A DNA stretch of 64,000 nt from the human T2T-CHM13v2.0 reference genome, Homo sapiens: the NCBI RefSeq assembly GCF_009914755.1, contig NC_060928.1; one strand, written 5' to 3'. The notes beneath the pieces are model-generated. The model worked only from the letters and a program-made list of their open reading frames with translations. It was not told where the DNA came from and made no database searches. The position numbers were made by a program, and so were the translations under genes. Positions 52,831 through 64,000 of this stretch are shown here, piece by piece. Numbering within the stretch: position 1 is the stretch's first letter; the number at the start of each line of letters is the position of its first letter.

Positions 52831-55800
52831 TTTAAGTTCTGGGATACATGTGCAGAACGTGCAGGTTTGTTACATAGGTATACATGGGCCATGGTGGTTT
52901 GCTGCACCCATCAACCTGTCATCTACCGTAGGTATTTCTCCTAATGTTATCCCTCCCCTTGCTCCCCACCACCCAACAGGCCCAGGTGTGTGTGATGTTC
53001 CCCTCCCTGTGTCCATGTGTTCTCGTTGTTCAACTCCCACTTATGAATGGGAACATGTGGTGTTTGGTTTTCCGTTCCTGTGTTAGTTTGCTGACAATGA
53101 TGGTTTCTAGCTTCATCCATGTCCCTGCAAAGAGCATGAACTCATTCTTTTTTATGGGGGCATAGTATTCCATGGTGTATATGTGCTACATTTTCTTAAT
53201 CCAGTATATTATTGATGGGCATTTGGGTTGGTTCCAAGTCTTTGCTGTTGTGAATAGTGCTGCAATAAACATATGTGTGCATGTGTCTTTATAATAGAAT
53301 GATTTATAATTCTTTGGGTATATACCCAGTAATGGGATTGCTGGGTCAAATGATATTTCTGGTCCTAGATCCTTGAGGAATTGCCATGCTGTCTTCCACA
53401 ATGGTTGAACTAATTTACACTCCCACCAACAGTGTAAAAGCATTCCTATTTCTCCACATCTTCTCCAGCATCTGTTGTTTCCTGACTTTTTAATGATCTC
53501 CATTCTAACTGGCATGAGATTGGTATCTCATTGTGGTTTTGATTTGCATTTCTCTAATGACCAGTGATGATGAGCTTTTTTAAATATGTTTGTTGGCTGC
53601 ATAAATGTCTTCTTTTAAAAAGTGTCTGTTCATATCCTTCACCCACTTTTTGATGGGCTTGTTTTTTCTTTCTTTTAAATTTAAGTTTCTTGTAGATTCC
53701 AGATATTAGCCCTTTGCCAGATGGATAGATTGCAAATTTTTTCTCCCATTCTGTAGGTTGCTGTTCATTCTGATGATATTTTCTTTTGCTGTGCAGAAGC
53801 TCTTTAGTTTAATTACATCCCATTTATCAATTTTGGCTTTTGTTGCCATTGCTTTTGATGTTTCAGTCACGAAGATATTGCCCATGCCTATGTCCCAAAT
53901 GGTATTGCCTAGGTTTTCTTCTATGGCTTTTATGGTTTTAGGCCTTTTGTTTAAGGCTTTAATCCATCTTGAGTTAATTTTTGTATGAGATGTAAGGAAA
54001 GGTTCCAGTTTCAGTTTTCTGCATATGGCTAGCCAGTTTTCCCAACACCATTGATTAAATAGGGAATCCTTTCCCCATTACTTTTTTTTGTGTCAGGTTT
54101 GTCATAGATCAGATGGTTGTAGATGTGTGGTGGTATTTCTGAGGCCTCTGTTCTATTCCATTGGTCTATATATCTGTTTCGGTACCAGTACCATGCTGTT
54201 TTTATTACTGTGGCCTTGTAGTATAGTTTGAAGACAGGTAGCATGATGCCTCTAGCTTTGTTCTTTTTGTTTAGGATTGTCTTGGCTATACGGGCTTTTT
54301 GTTGGTTCCATATGAAATATATTTTTTTCTAATTTTGTGAAAAAAGTCAGTGGTAGCTTGATGGGGATAGCATTGACTCTTTAAATTACTTTGGGCAGTA
54401 TGGCCATTTTCATGATATTGATTCTTCCTGTCCATGAGCATGGAATATTTTTCCATTTGTTTGTGTCCTCTCTTATTTCCTTGAGCAGTGGTTTGTAGTT
54501 CTCCTTGAAGAGGTCCTTCATATCCCTTTAAGTTGTATTCCTAGGTATTTTATTCTCTTTGAAGCAATTGTCAATGGGAGTTCACTCATGATTTGGCTGT
54601 TTTTCTGTTATTGGTGTATAGGAATGCTTGTTATTTTTACACATTGATTTTGTGTCCTGAGACTTTGCTGAAGTTGCTCATCAGCTTAAGGAGATTTTGG
54701 GCTGTGGTGACAGGGTTTTCTAAATATACAATCATGTCATCTGCAAACAGAGACAATATGACTTCCTCTCTCCCTATTTGAATACCCTTTATTTTTTTCT
54801 CTTGCCTGATTGCCCTGGCCAGAACTTGCAATATTATATTGAATAGGAATGGTGAGAGGAGGGGATCCTTGTCTTGTGCTGGTTTTCAAAGGGAAGGTTT
54901 CCAGCTTTTGCCCAATCACTATGATATTGGCTATGGGTTTGTCATAAATAGCTCTTATTATTTTGAGATACGTTCCATCAATATCTAGTTTATTGAGAGT
55001 GTTTAGTATGAAGGGGTGTTGAATTTTATTGAAGGCCTTTTCCGCATCTATTGAGATAATCATGTGGTTTTTGTCTTTGGTTCTGTTTATGTGATGGATT
55101 CCGTTTGTTGATTTGCATGTATTGAACCAGCCTTGCATCCCAGGGAGGAAGCCAACTTGATTGTGCCAGTTAAGCTTTTTCATGTGCTGCTGGATTTTGT
55201 TTGCCAGTATTTTACTGAGGACTTTCACATTGATGTTAATCAGGGATGTTGGCCTGAAATTTTCTTTTTTTGTTGTGTCTCTGCCAGGTTTTGGTATCAG
55301 GATGATGCTGGCCTCATAAAATGAGTTAAGGGGGAGTCCCTCTTTTTCTATTGTGTGGAATAGTTTCAGAAGGAATGATACCAGCTGCTCTTTGTACTTA
55401 TGGTAGAATTGGGCTGTGAATCCATCTGGTCCTGTTTTTTTTTTGGGTTGGTAGGCTATTAATCACTGCCTTAATTTCAGAACTTGTTATTGGTCTATTG
55501 AGGGATTTGGCTTCTTCCTGGTTTAGTGTTGGGAGGGTGTATGTGTCCAGGAATGTATCCATTTCTTCTAGATTTTCTAGTTTATTTGTGTAGAGGTGTT
55601 TATAGTATATTCTTCTGGTAGTTTGTATTTCTGTGGGATCAGTGGCAATATCCCCTTTATCATTTTTTGTTGTATCTATTTGATTCTTCTCTCTTTGCTT
55701 CTTTATTAGTCTGGCTAGTGGTCAATTTATTTTGTTAATCTTAAAAAAAATAGCATTTTTTAATACTCCTGCATTCCTTGATTTTTTGAAGGGTTTTTTG

Positions 55801-58800
55801 TCTCTATCTCCTTCAGTTCTGCCCTGATCTTAGTTATTTCTTGTCTTCTGCTAGCTTTTGAATTTGTTTATTGTTGCTTCTCTAGTTATTTTAATTGTGA
55901 TGTTAGGGTGTCGATTTTAGATCTGTCCCACTTTCTCCTGTGGGTATTTAGTGCTATAAATTTTCCTCTAAAGACCACATTAGCTGTGTCCCAGAGATTC
56001 TGTTACATTGTGTCTTTGTTCTCATTGGTTTCAAATAACTTATTTATTTCTGCCTTTATTTCGTTATTTACCCAGTAGTCATTCAGGAGCAGATTGTTCA
56101 GTTTTCATGTAGTTGTGTGTTTTTGAGTGAGTTTCTTAATCCTGAGCTCCAATTTGATTGCACTGGGGTCTGAGATACAGTTTTTTATGATTTCCATTCT
56201 TTTATATTTGCTGAGGAGTGTTTTACTTCCAATTATGTGCTCAATTTTAGAATAAGTGTGATGTGGTGTCGAGAAGAATGTATATTCTGTTGATCTGGGG
56301 TGGAAAGTTTTGTAGATGTCTATTAGGTCCGCTTGCTCCAGAGCTGAGTTCAAGTCCTGAACATCCTTGTTAATTTTTTGTCTCATTGATCTGTCTAATA
56401 TTGACAGTGTGGTGTTAAATTCTCCCACTATTATTGTGTGGGAGTCTAACTCTCTCTGTAGGTCTCTAAAAACTTGCTTATGAATCTGGGTGCTCCTGTA
56501 TTGGGTGCATATATATTTAGGATAGTTAGCTCTTCCTATTTCATTGATCCCTTTGCTATTATGTAATGCCCTTCTTTGTCTTTTGTGATCTTTGTTGGTT
56601 TAAAGTCTGTTTTATCAGAGACTAGGATTGCAACCCCTGCTTTTTTTTTTTGCTTTCCATTTGCTTGGTAAATATTCCTCCATCCTTTTATTTTGAGTCT
56701 ATGTGTGTCTTTGCACGTGAGATGGGTCTCCTGAATACAGCACACTGATGGGTCTTGACTCTTTATCCAATTTGCCAGTCTGTGCCTTTTAATTGGGGCA
56801 TTTAGCCTGTTTACATTTAAGTTTAATATTGTTATGTGTGAATTTGATCCTGTCATTATGATGCTAGCTGGTTATTTTGCCCCATTAGTTGATGCAGTTT
56901 CTTCATAGTTTCCATGGTCTTTACAATTTGGTATGTTTTTGCAGTGGGTGATATCAGTTTTTACTTTCCATATTTAGTGCTTTCTTCAGGAGCTCTTGTA
57001 AGGCGGGCCTGGTGGTGACAAAATCTCTCAGCATTTGCTTATCTGTAAAGGATTTTATTTTTCCTTCTCTTATGAAGCTTAGTTTGGCTGGATATGAAAT
57101 TCTGGATTGAAAATTTTTTTCTCTAAGAATGTTGAATATTTGCCCCTACTCTCTTCTGGCCTGTAGTGTTTCTGCAGAGAGATCTGTTGTTAGTCTGATG
57201 GGCTTCCCTTTGTGCCTTTGTGGGTAACCTGACCTTTCTCTCTGGCTGCCCTTAACATTTTTTCCTTCATTTTAACCTTGGTGAATGTGACGGTTATGTG
57301 TCTTGTTGTTGCTCTTCTCATGGAGTATCTTTGTGGTGTTCTCTGTGTTTCCTGAATTTGAATGTTGGCCTGTCTTGCTAGGTTGGGGAAGTTCTCCTGG
57401 ATAATATCCTGAAGAGTGTTTTCCAACTTGGTTCCATTCTCCCTGTCACTTTTAGGTACACCAGTCAAACATAGGTTTTGGTCTTTTCACATAGTCCCAT
57501 ATTTCTTGGAGGCTTTGTTCCTTCCTTTTCATTCTTTTTTCTCTAATCTTGTCTTCTTTCTTTATTTAATTAAGTTGATCTTCAATGTCTGATATCCTTT
57601 CTTCCACTTGATCAATTCTGCTATTGATTCTTGTGTATGGTTCACAAAGTTCTCGTGCTGTGTTTTTCAGCTCCATCAGGTCATTTATGTTTGTCTCTAA
57701 ACTGGTTATTCTAGTTAGCAATTCCTGTAACCTCTTTTCAAGGTTCTTATCTTCCTTGCATTGGGTCAGAACATGCTCCTTTATCTCAGAAGAGTTTGTT
57801 ATTACCCACCTTCTGAAGCCTACTTCTGTCAATTCATCAAACTCATCCTTCATCTAGTTTTGTTCCCTTGGTGGTGAGGAATTGTGATCCTTTGGAGTAG
57901 AAGAGGCGTTCTGGTTTTTGGAATTTTCAGCCTTTTTGTGCTGGTTTTTCCTCATCTTCGTGGATTTATTTACCTTTGGTCTTTGATGTTGGTGTCCTTC
58001 GGATGGGGTTTTTGTGTGGACGTCCTGTTTGTTGGTGTTGATGCTACTCCTTTCTGTTTGGTAGTTTTCCTTCTAACAGGCCCCTCTGCTGCAGGTCTGC
58101 TGGAGTTTGCTGGAGGTCCACTCCAATCCTTCTTTGCCTAGGTATCACCAGTGGAGGCTGCAGAACAGCAAAGATTTCTGCCTGTTCTTTCCTCTGGAAG
58201 CTTCATCCCAGAGGGGCCCCCGCCAGATGCCAGCCACAGCTCTCCTGTATGAGGTGTCTATTGACCCCTGCTGCAAGGTGTCTCCCAGTCAGGAGGCACA
58301 GGGGTCAGGGATCCACTTGAGGAGGCAGTCTGTCCCTTAGCAGAGCTCGAATGCTGTGCTGGGAGATCCACTGCTCTCTTAAGAGCTGGCAAGCAGGAAT
58401 GTTTGTCTGCTGAAGCTGCGCCCACAGCCGCCCCTTCCCCCAGGTGCTCTGTCCTAGGGAATGAGAGTTTTATCTATAAGCCCCTGACAGGGGCTGCTGC
58501 CTTTCTTTCAGAGGTGCCCTGCCCAGTGAGGAGGAATCTAGTGAGACAGTCTGGCTACAGCAGCTTTGTTGGCTCCGCCTCCTTCAAACTTCCTGGTGGC
58601 TTTGTTTACACTGTGAGGGGAAAACTGCCTACTCAAGCCTCAGTAAATGGTGGACTGCCCCCCTGCCACCCTGAACAAGCTCAAGCATCCCAGGCCGACT
58701 TCAGACTGCTATGCTGGCAGTGAGAATTTCAAGCTAGTGGGTCTTAGCTTGCTGGGCTCTGTAGGGTGGGATCCGCTGAACTAGACCACTTGGCTCCCTG

Positions 58801-59275
58801 GCTTCAGCCCCCCAGAGTGAACGGTTCTGTCTCACTGATGTTCCAAGCGACACTGGGATATGAGAAAAAAACTCCTGCAGCTAGCTTGGTGTCTGTCCAA
58901 ACAGCCACCCAATTTTGTGCTTGAAACCCAGGGCCCTAGTGGCGTAGGCACCCGAGGGAATCTCCTGGTCTGCAGGTTGCGAAGACTGTGGGAAAAGCGT
59001 AGTATCTGGGCTGGAATGCATCGTCCCTCACATCACAGTTTCTCACAGCTTTCCTTGGCTAGGGGAGGGAATTCCTCTACCCCTTGTTCTTCCTGGGTGA
59101 GGTGATGCCCCACCCTGCTTCAGTTCGCCCTCTGTAGGCTGTACCCACTGTCTAACCAGTCCCAATGAGATGAGCCAAGTACCTTAGTTGGAAATGCAGA
59201 AATCACCCACCTTCTGCATTGATCTCGCTGGGAGCTGCAGACTGGAGCTGCTCCTATTTGGCCATCTTGCCAGTC
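52831..59275 (-). mobile_element. Near full-length decayed L1PA (about PA6-PA8)
   Basis: 5'UTR start (gccatcttgcc, YY1-type site), ORF1 pieces, ORF2 endonuclease (MTGSNSHITI), RT ([13 protein letters not shown]) and C-terminal ([13 protein letters not shown]) pieces, broken by stops and frameshifts. Confidence 0.95.
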
Positions 59276-59904
59276 ACCTTCTTGTTACTATTCTTAACTT
59301 AAAACTAAAAATTCCACCCTCACGAGCAGATAGCAATGTATAAAACACAATGCAAATGAGAATAGTGAAGAAAAAGGGGAGGAGAGGGCTGGAACTAAAA
59401 ATAGAGCCAAAGACTTTTACTAAATATAGGCATATTATTAGGTCTGCATAGATACATTCCTACTGTCAAGCATACTGCATTTTATATAATGGTGCTGAAT
59501 GTACGTTTGGTGAATTTATTTAATTGAGTTTGAACTAGATGTGCTATGATTGGGTCACTAATTTTATCCTGAGAGCTTGTTAGCAGGAAAAAAAAAAATG
59601 ACAGTTATCCAATGAATTGTCTTTAAGATTAAAAAGAAACATGTGCTCAATAAAAATAAAACATTTTTCTAATATTAAAACTAAAGTATTTCTCCTAAGG
59701 GATTTTATAAACAGAAAACTATAAAATAAATTGAATAATATTCATAAAATGCTTGTTAACAAAAGGGCCACATTTTATAGGGCAATTTCCTTTATCATTT
59801 AAGCACAGATTAAAGCTACCATTGGCAACATTACTCTTCCTTCCCTAAACATTTCTTCTCATTCTCTGTTTCTGGGACATTCTTTTCCTCCCAACTTTTA
59901 AACC

Positions 59905-60090
59905 AGCAGTTCTCAACTTTAGCTGCCCACTAGAATCATCAGGAGGCTTTAAAAATAGAGCTACCTATGCCCAACACAGATAAAAATTAAATCAGAATCA
60001 TTAGAAGTAGAACCTGAGTGTCAGCAAGTATATTTTAGAAGGCTCCATGGAAAAATCCCAGTGTGGTCAGTGTTGAGAATGATTTCTCAA
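59905..60090. mobile_element. MER5-like MITE
   Basis: cagcagttctcaactttagctgc...tagaatca...attaaatcagaatc...gttgagaat. Confidence 0.55.
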
Positions 60091-60139
60091 GGAAACATTG
60101 GAATGATACCAGGACTTTTTTATTCATAGCCAGTCCCTC

Positions 60140-60905
60140 AGTGGGCCTTTGCAGCCCTATAGCTTTAAATATCATTTCTATCTCCTGTATACTTTAGACC
60201 ATATAACCACTATGCACTTGAGAACTCCAGTTGCATGTCTAATACCCATCTCAATCTTATATGCAAACCTTCACTCCTAATTTTACTCCCCTTAGTTTTC
60301 CCCATCTTAGTTGAGTGGTACCATCAGTTTTTCTGATTGATCAGTCAATCCTTGACTTCTCTCTTTCTCTTACATCCTTTGTCTAATATTAGCAATCTGT
60401 GTAAAATATGCCTATGATATCACCACCTGGACTAATAAGATCCTAGTTAAGAAAACTTCTATTTCTCACTTGGAACACTGAAATATTTATGAACTAGTTT
60501 CCCTGCATCCACCCTTGTCCCATCTTTCATTCACAGTCTGTTTTCCACATCATAGGTCTTGATCACCCATGTCTTCCTGTAACACCCATGACAACATGAC
60601 ACCAGAATAACATCCAGGTTCCTTACCACGATATGCAAGACCTTATATGATCTGTCCCTGGGCTGTATCTCCTAACTCACTTCCTACCATTCTCATGCCC
60701 CATCACTGACCCCTGCCCTAGCCATATCTGCTTTCCTGGAATATGTCTTATGTGCTTATTTCTCAGTGTCTTTTCACCTGGTTTCCTTTCTTCCTGAAAT
60801 GCTTTTTTTCCTCAAGTTACTTACATAATGTATTTCCTCACTTCCTTCAGGTTTTTGTCCAAATGTTACCTAGGGTTGCCCCTGACCACCTTACCAAAAT
60901 TGCAT
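60140..60905 (+). mobile_element. L2 fragment
   Basis: Pyrimidine-rich L2-like body (gctttaaatatcat, caagaccttatatgatctg). Confidence 0.6.
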
Positions 60906-62515
60906 TTAGTGTCTATAGAGTTTCTCTGTAGAAAGGTTATTTTTAGTTTGTTTTTATAATTTGTGTATTCATTGCTTAAAGATGCAATAGTAGCTTGCAG
61001 AGATAAAGAAATATTCAAATCTAGAATCTTTTGGCTTCATTTGTCTAAAAGAGATCTCAGGCTTCTTTTTTTCCATTGCTGTTCTGTGCATGATTACTGA
61101 GTTTTCCTTCCTGTGATTTTCTCTCAGTGATTTCTCCTTTAAACCACACCGTGACATGAACTAATATATTGGGAATGACTCAGATTTTCCGTATCCCGAG
61201 AAAGTGACAAAGCAAAACTCTATATGTGAGGTTCTAGTTCAGATTGGTTTGCCATTTTGCTTTACCTGCTGATTCAGGATCAGGCAGATGTTTGAAGATT
61301 TGCCTCATGGGAAAGGAAGTTGAGACTTATTTTGTGTTTCTGTTGAAGACAGATCTAGAATCATGGTAGAAGCAGCAAAAAGGTAGACTTTAGCTCTTAT
61401 CATGAAATTTCTTACAGTCAAGACTAAGTAATATGCTCTCCTCATATTTTTTTGGAAAGTGGTTTATCAGTGGGAAAGGATACAAAAAGCATATTTAAAG
61501 GGGAATTGAAGCAGAAGTGAAAGAAATTTGTACTCACATTAACAATCTGTCTTCCCTGACACCTTCACCTGCCCCATGCCCTTCTCAGATGGAGTAAATA
61601 ATGATGCTCTTGACAACACTGTAACTTCTACCTCCTTCTAACATGGAACCTAGCACACTGTATTGTGATTCTTATTTGTGTACCTGCTTTCCATATGAGA
61701 ATAGAGAATTGTGTATTCTCATTGCCTAGCATGATTCTGGTATGTTTTCTATACATTTTTTTTTTAGTCATGATTTTTAGTTCTTTATTCTTCAATAAAA
61801 TGAATTATTTTCCAGAGACAATAGTTAGAATGCTTGTGAAATCTTTCTATAAGTAAAACAGAAGAATCTTGTTTTCAGTGATGGCTGTAGAGTTGCATAG
61901 GAAAACATCTTACTATAGGAGTAAAAGACACAGAATCCAGAGTTGAAAGCTGGCACATGGACAGTGCTACTCATTGCCAGTCTTACCGGGAACATTCCAT
62001 AGGGTCTGGTTTTTTAGCTTACTCAGCAAATAACTATTTCATTCTGCTCAGAGTGAGGCTAGAGAGCCACTGAAAAAGTATATGCAAGTTTTGCAAGGGC
62101 GCGGCCAAGACACAACCAGAGAATCCTGTTTAAGGGATTTATAGGATCATTTATTGATTATTGAATAAATGAAGGTAGGGAATGGCCCGGAAATGTCCAA
62201 GAACAGTGAATTCCTCATTAAGGTAATTTCAAGCCCCCCCCCCACCACCAAAAAAATGATACTAACAAATGAAGCACATCGTGCTGTTTGTTCTAGCTTT
62301 GTTTTTTTATAAATAGCAAATATTATTTGCTTCAAATTGGCATTCTGTGCTAATGACTAACAACTGTTTGCTAGTTAGAAAACTGCTCAGGTGGGTCCTA
62401 GTTGATAATTCTTGGTTGAATCTAGATTTTTACACAATAAAAAACATATCTTGTCTACCTATTAATTACTGATTTCTAAGAAAACTCTAAGATTCTAGAA
62501 GATAGAGTCTAAGTA

Positions 62516-62853
62516 CAGAAGCCCTCTGTATCTGTGGGTTCCACATCTGTGGATTCAACTATCTATGATTAAAAATATTAGAAAAAATATAAATAACAAC
62601 AAAAATAATATAAAAATAGTATAAAACTATTTACATAGCATTTACATTGTATTAGGTATTACTTATAATACCTAAGTAATAAGTAATCTAAAGATGATTT
62701 AAAGTATGTAGGAGTATATGCATAGGTTATATGCAAATACTATATTATTTTATATCAGAAACTCGAGCATTTGTGGATTTTAGTATCTGCCAGTGCGGCA
62801 GGTGCCCTGGAACCAGTCCCTCCCAGATACTGACAGATACTGAGGGACAACTG
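62516..62853. mobile_element. MER2 (Tigger-family MITE)
   Basis: TA|cagaagccctctgtatc ... gatactgagggacaactg|TA inverted termini with TA duplication. Confidence 0.8.
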
Positions 62854-64000
62854 TATTTTATTCTTCCTATGTCTTAGAAACATATTATAAAACACTAGGC
62901 ACAAAATAGTTACTTATAGACTCTGCTTATCTAGTTCTGTGTGATAGAAAATGAGGCCCTAGCCCACAGTGTTCTCATATGCACTCTAGAAGGATACAAC
63001 TGTGAGTGTGGGAAAAAGTCATCTGAAGGTCAGAGATATGCATCACTCTTGAGTACCTGCTGCGACTTGCTAGTACTAGCTGCCCTTTGGAAAAAGCTGA
63101 GAAGACAGAAAAAAATTAGGTGCAGCAAGCCAGAGGATTAGTTGAAGACAATTAATGGACGATAAGAATTGAATATAGGAATGACAAGAATTTTCACATG
63201 CCAAGGAAGATGAGTTAAATAAGAATAGGTTTAAGAGGAAAGCTAGGTGTCAGGACCAGGAACAGGCATCCAGGTGCTCACCAGCAAAGGTCAGAAGAGT
63301 CTGAGGCATTATTTGAACACATTTGCTTTTAGCTGTTTGGTTCACCTCTCTTCAACATCAGGTCTTCCGAATAACAGGCTGAATGCCTTTCCATGGTTAA
63401 TATTGGTATAGTCATAAACTCTGATCAATCAAGTTCAAATATGACTTGGATAGTTTCTACGGACATCAACAACCAAACTGACTGAGGAATATCAAGTTAA
63501 CCTGATAGTATTGAAAAAGGAGTGAAATTACCTACAAGGGTTTTCCATGCAGATTGAAATTTATCCTGATATACTTTTCTTTTGCCTGCAACTTTACAGA
63601 TTGTTACTTATATGTGTGTACAAATCACTGGATTTCATGTCTCTGTCAAATTCTTGATGAAATAATCAGTACTGATGGAAATGGGAAGTTTCAGTTTCAT
63701 TTTGGTTTTGATTTTTTTTTTTTGGTAGGGATTTGGGAGGCTCTCATTTGGAATCAGAGAACACTTGAGTGGGTTGTTAAGGTATTAAGGAACATTTTCA
63801 AATGTAGGAGGCCAGGACTAAAACAGAGATGGGTGGGTGCTTTATAATTTTGATAACCTTGGGATGGTTATAAATATATACTCAACATTCTTGAGGGTTT
63901 ATAGTGAGTGAAAGAAAGAGAATAACCAAGGGAGACTTTTAGACTTTTACTGTAAATAACTGGGCAGAAGGTGGTACCAACTAAAATAAAAAAGGCTGCT

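Noticed and set aside
52831-59275. Active retrotransposon or novel reverse-transcriptase system
   Set aside because: Ordinary L1PA with ORF1 and ORF2 fragmented by many stops and frameshifts.
44974-64000. MTHFD2L exon 6
   Set aside because: No FolD-like continuation (expected GDATVT-like) seen; it presumably lies beyond the window.

Overview
Primate (very likely human) genomic DNA holding the CpG-island promoter and first five coding exons of MTHFD2L, a mitochondrial methylenetetrahydrofolate dehydrogenase/cyclohydrolase, on the + strand. Exons: 1734-1876, 18094-18278, 18869-18991, 43397-43549, 44866-44973. All have GT-AG borders and join into one continuous frame of 712 nt; later exons lie beyond the window. 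The introns are dense with repeats: ten Alus, old L1M/L2/MIR fragments, MaLR/ERV1/ERVK LTRs, Tigger/MER DNA transposons and a decayed near-full-length antisense L1PA of about 6.4 kb. I see no convincing wholly new multi-gene system. The best leads concern hidden RNA processing of MTHFD2L: an alternative terminal exon in intron 1 that would give a 78-aa mitochondrial-presequence microprotein, several candidate poison exons including a 21-nt microexon, an open alternative frame in exon 2 reachable by back-splicing, and a stop-free exon 4-5 circle. There is also a tail-less ERV-env/L1 junction and several templated-insertion scars. Repeat subfamily names are from recognition by eye and their boundaries are approximate.
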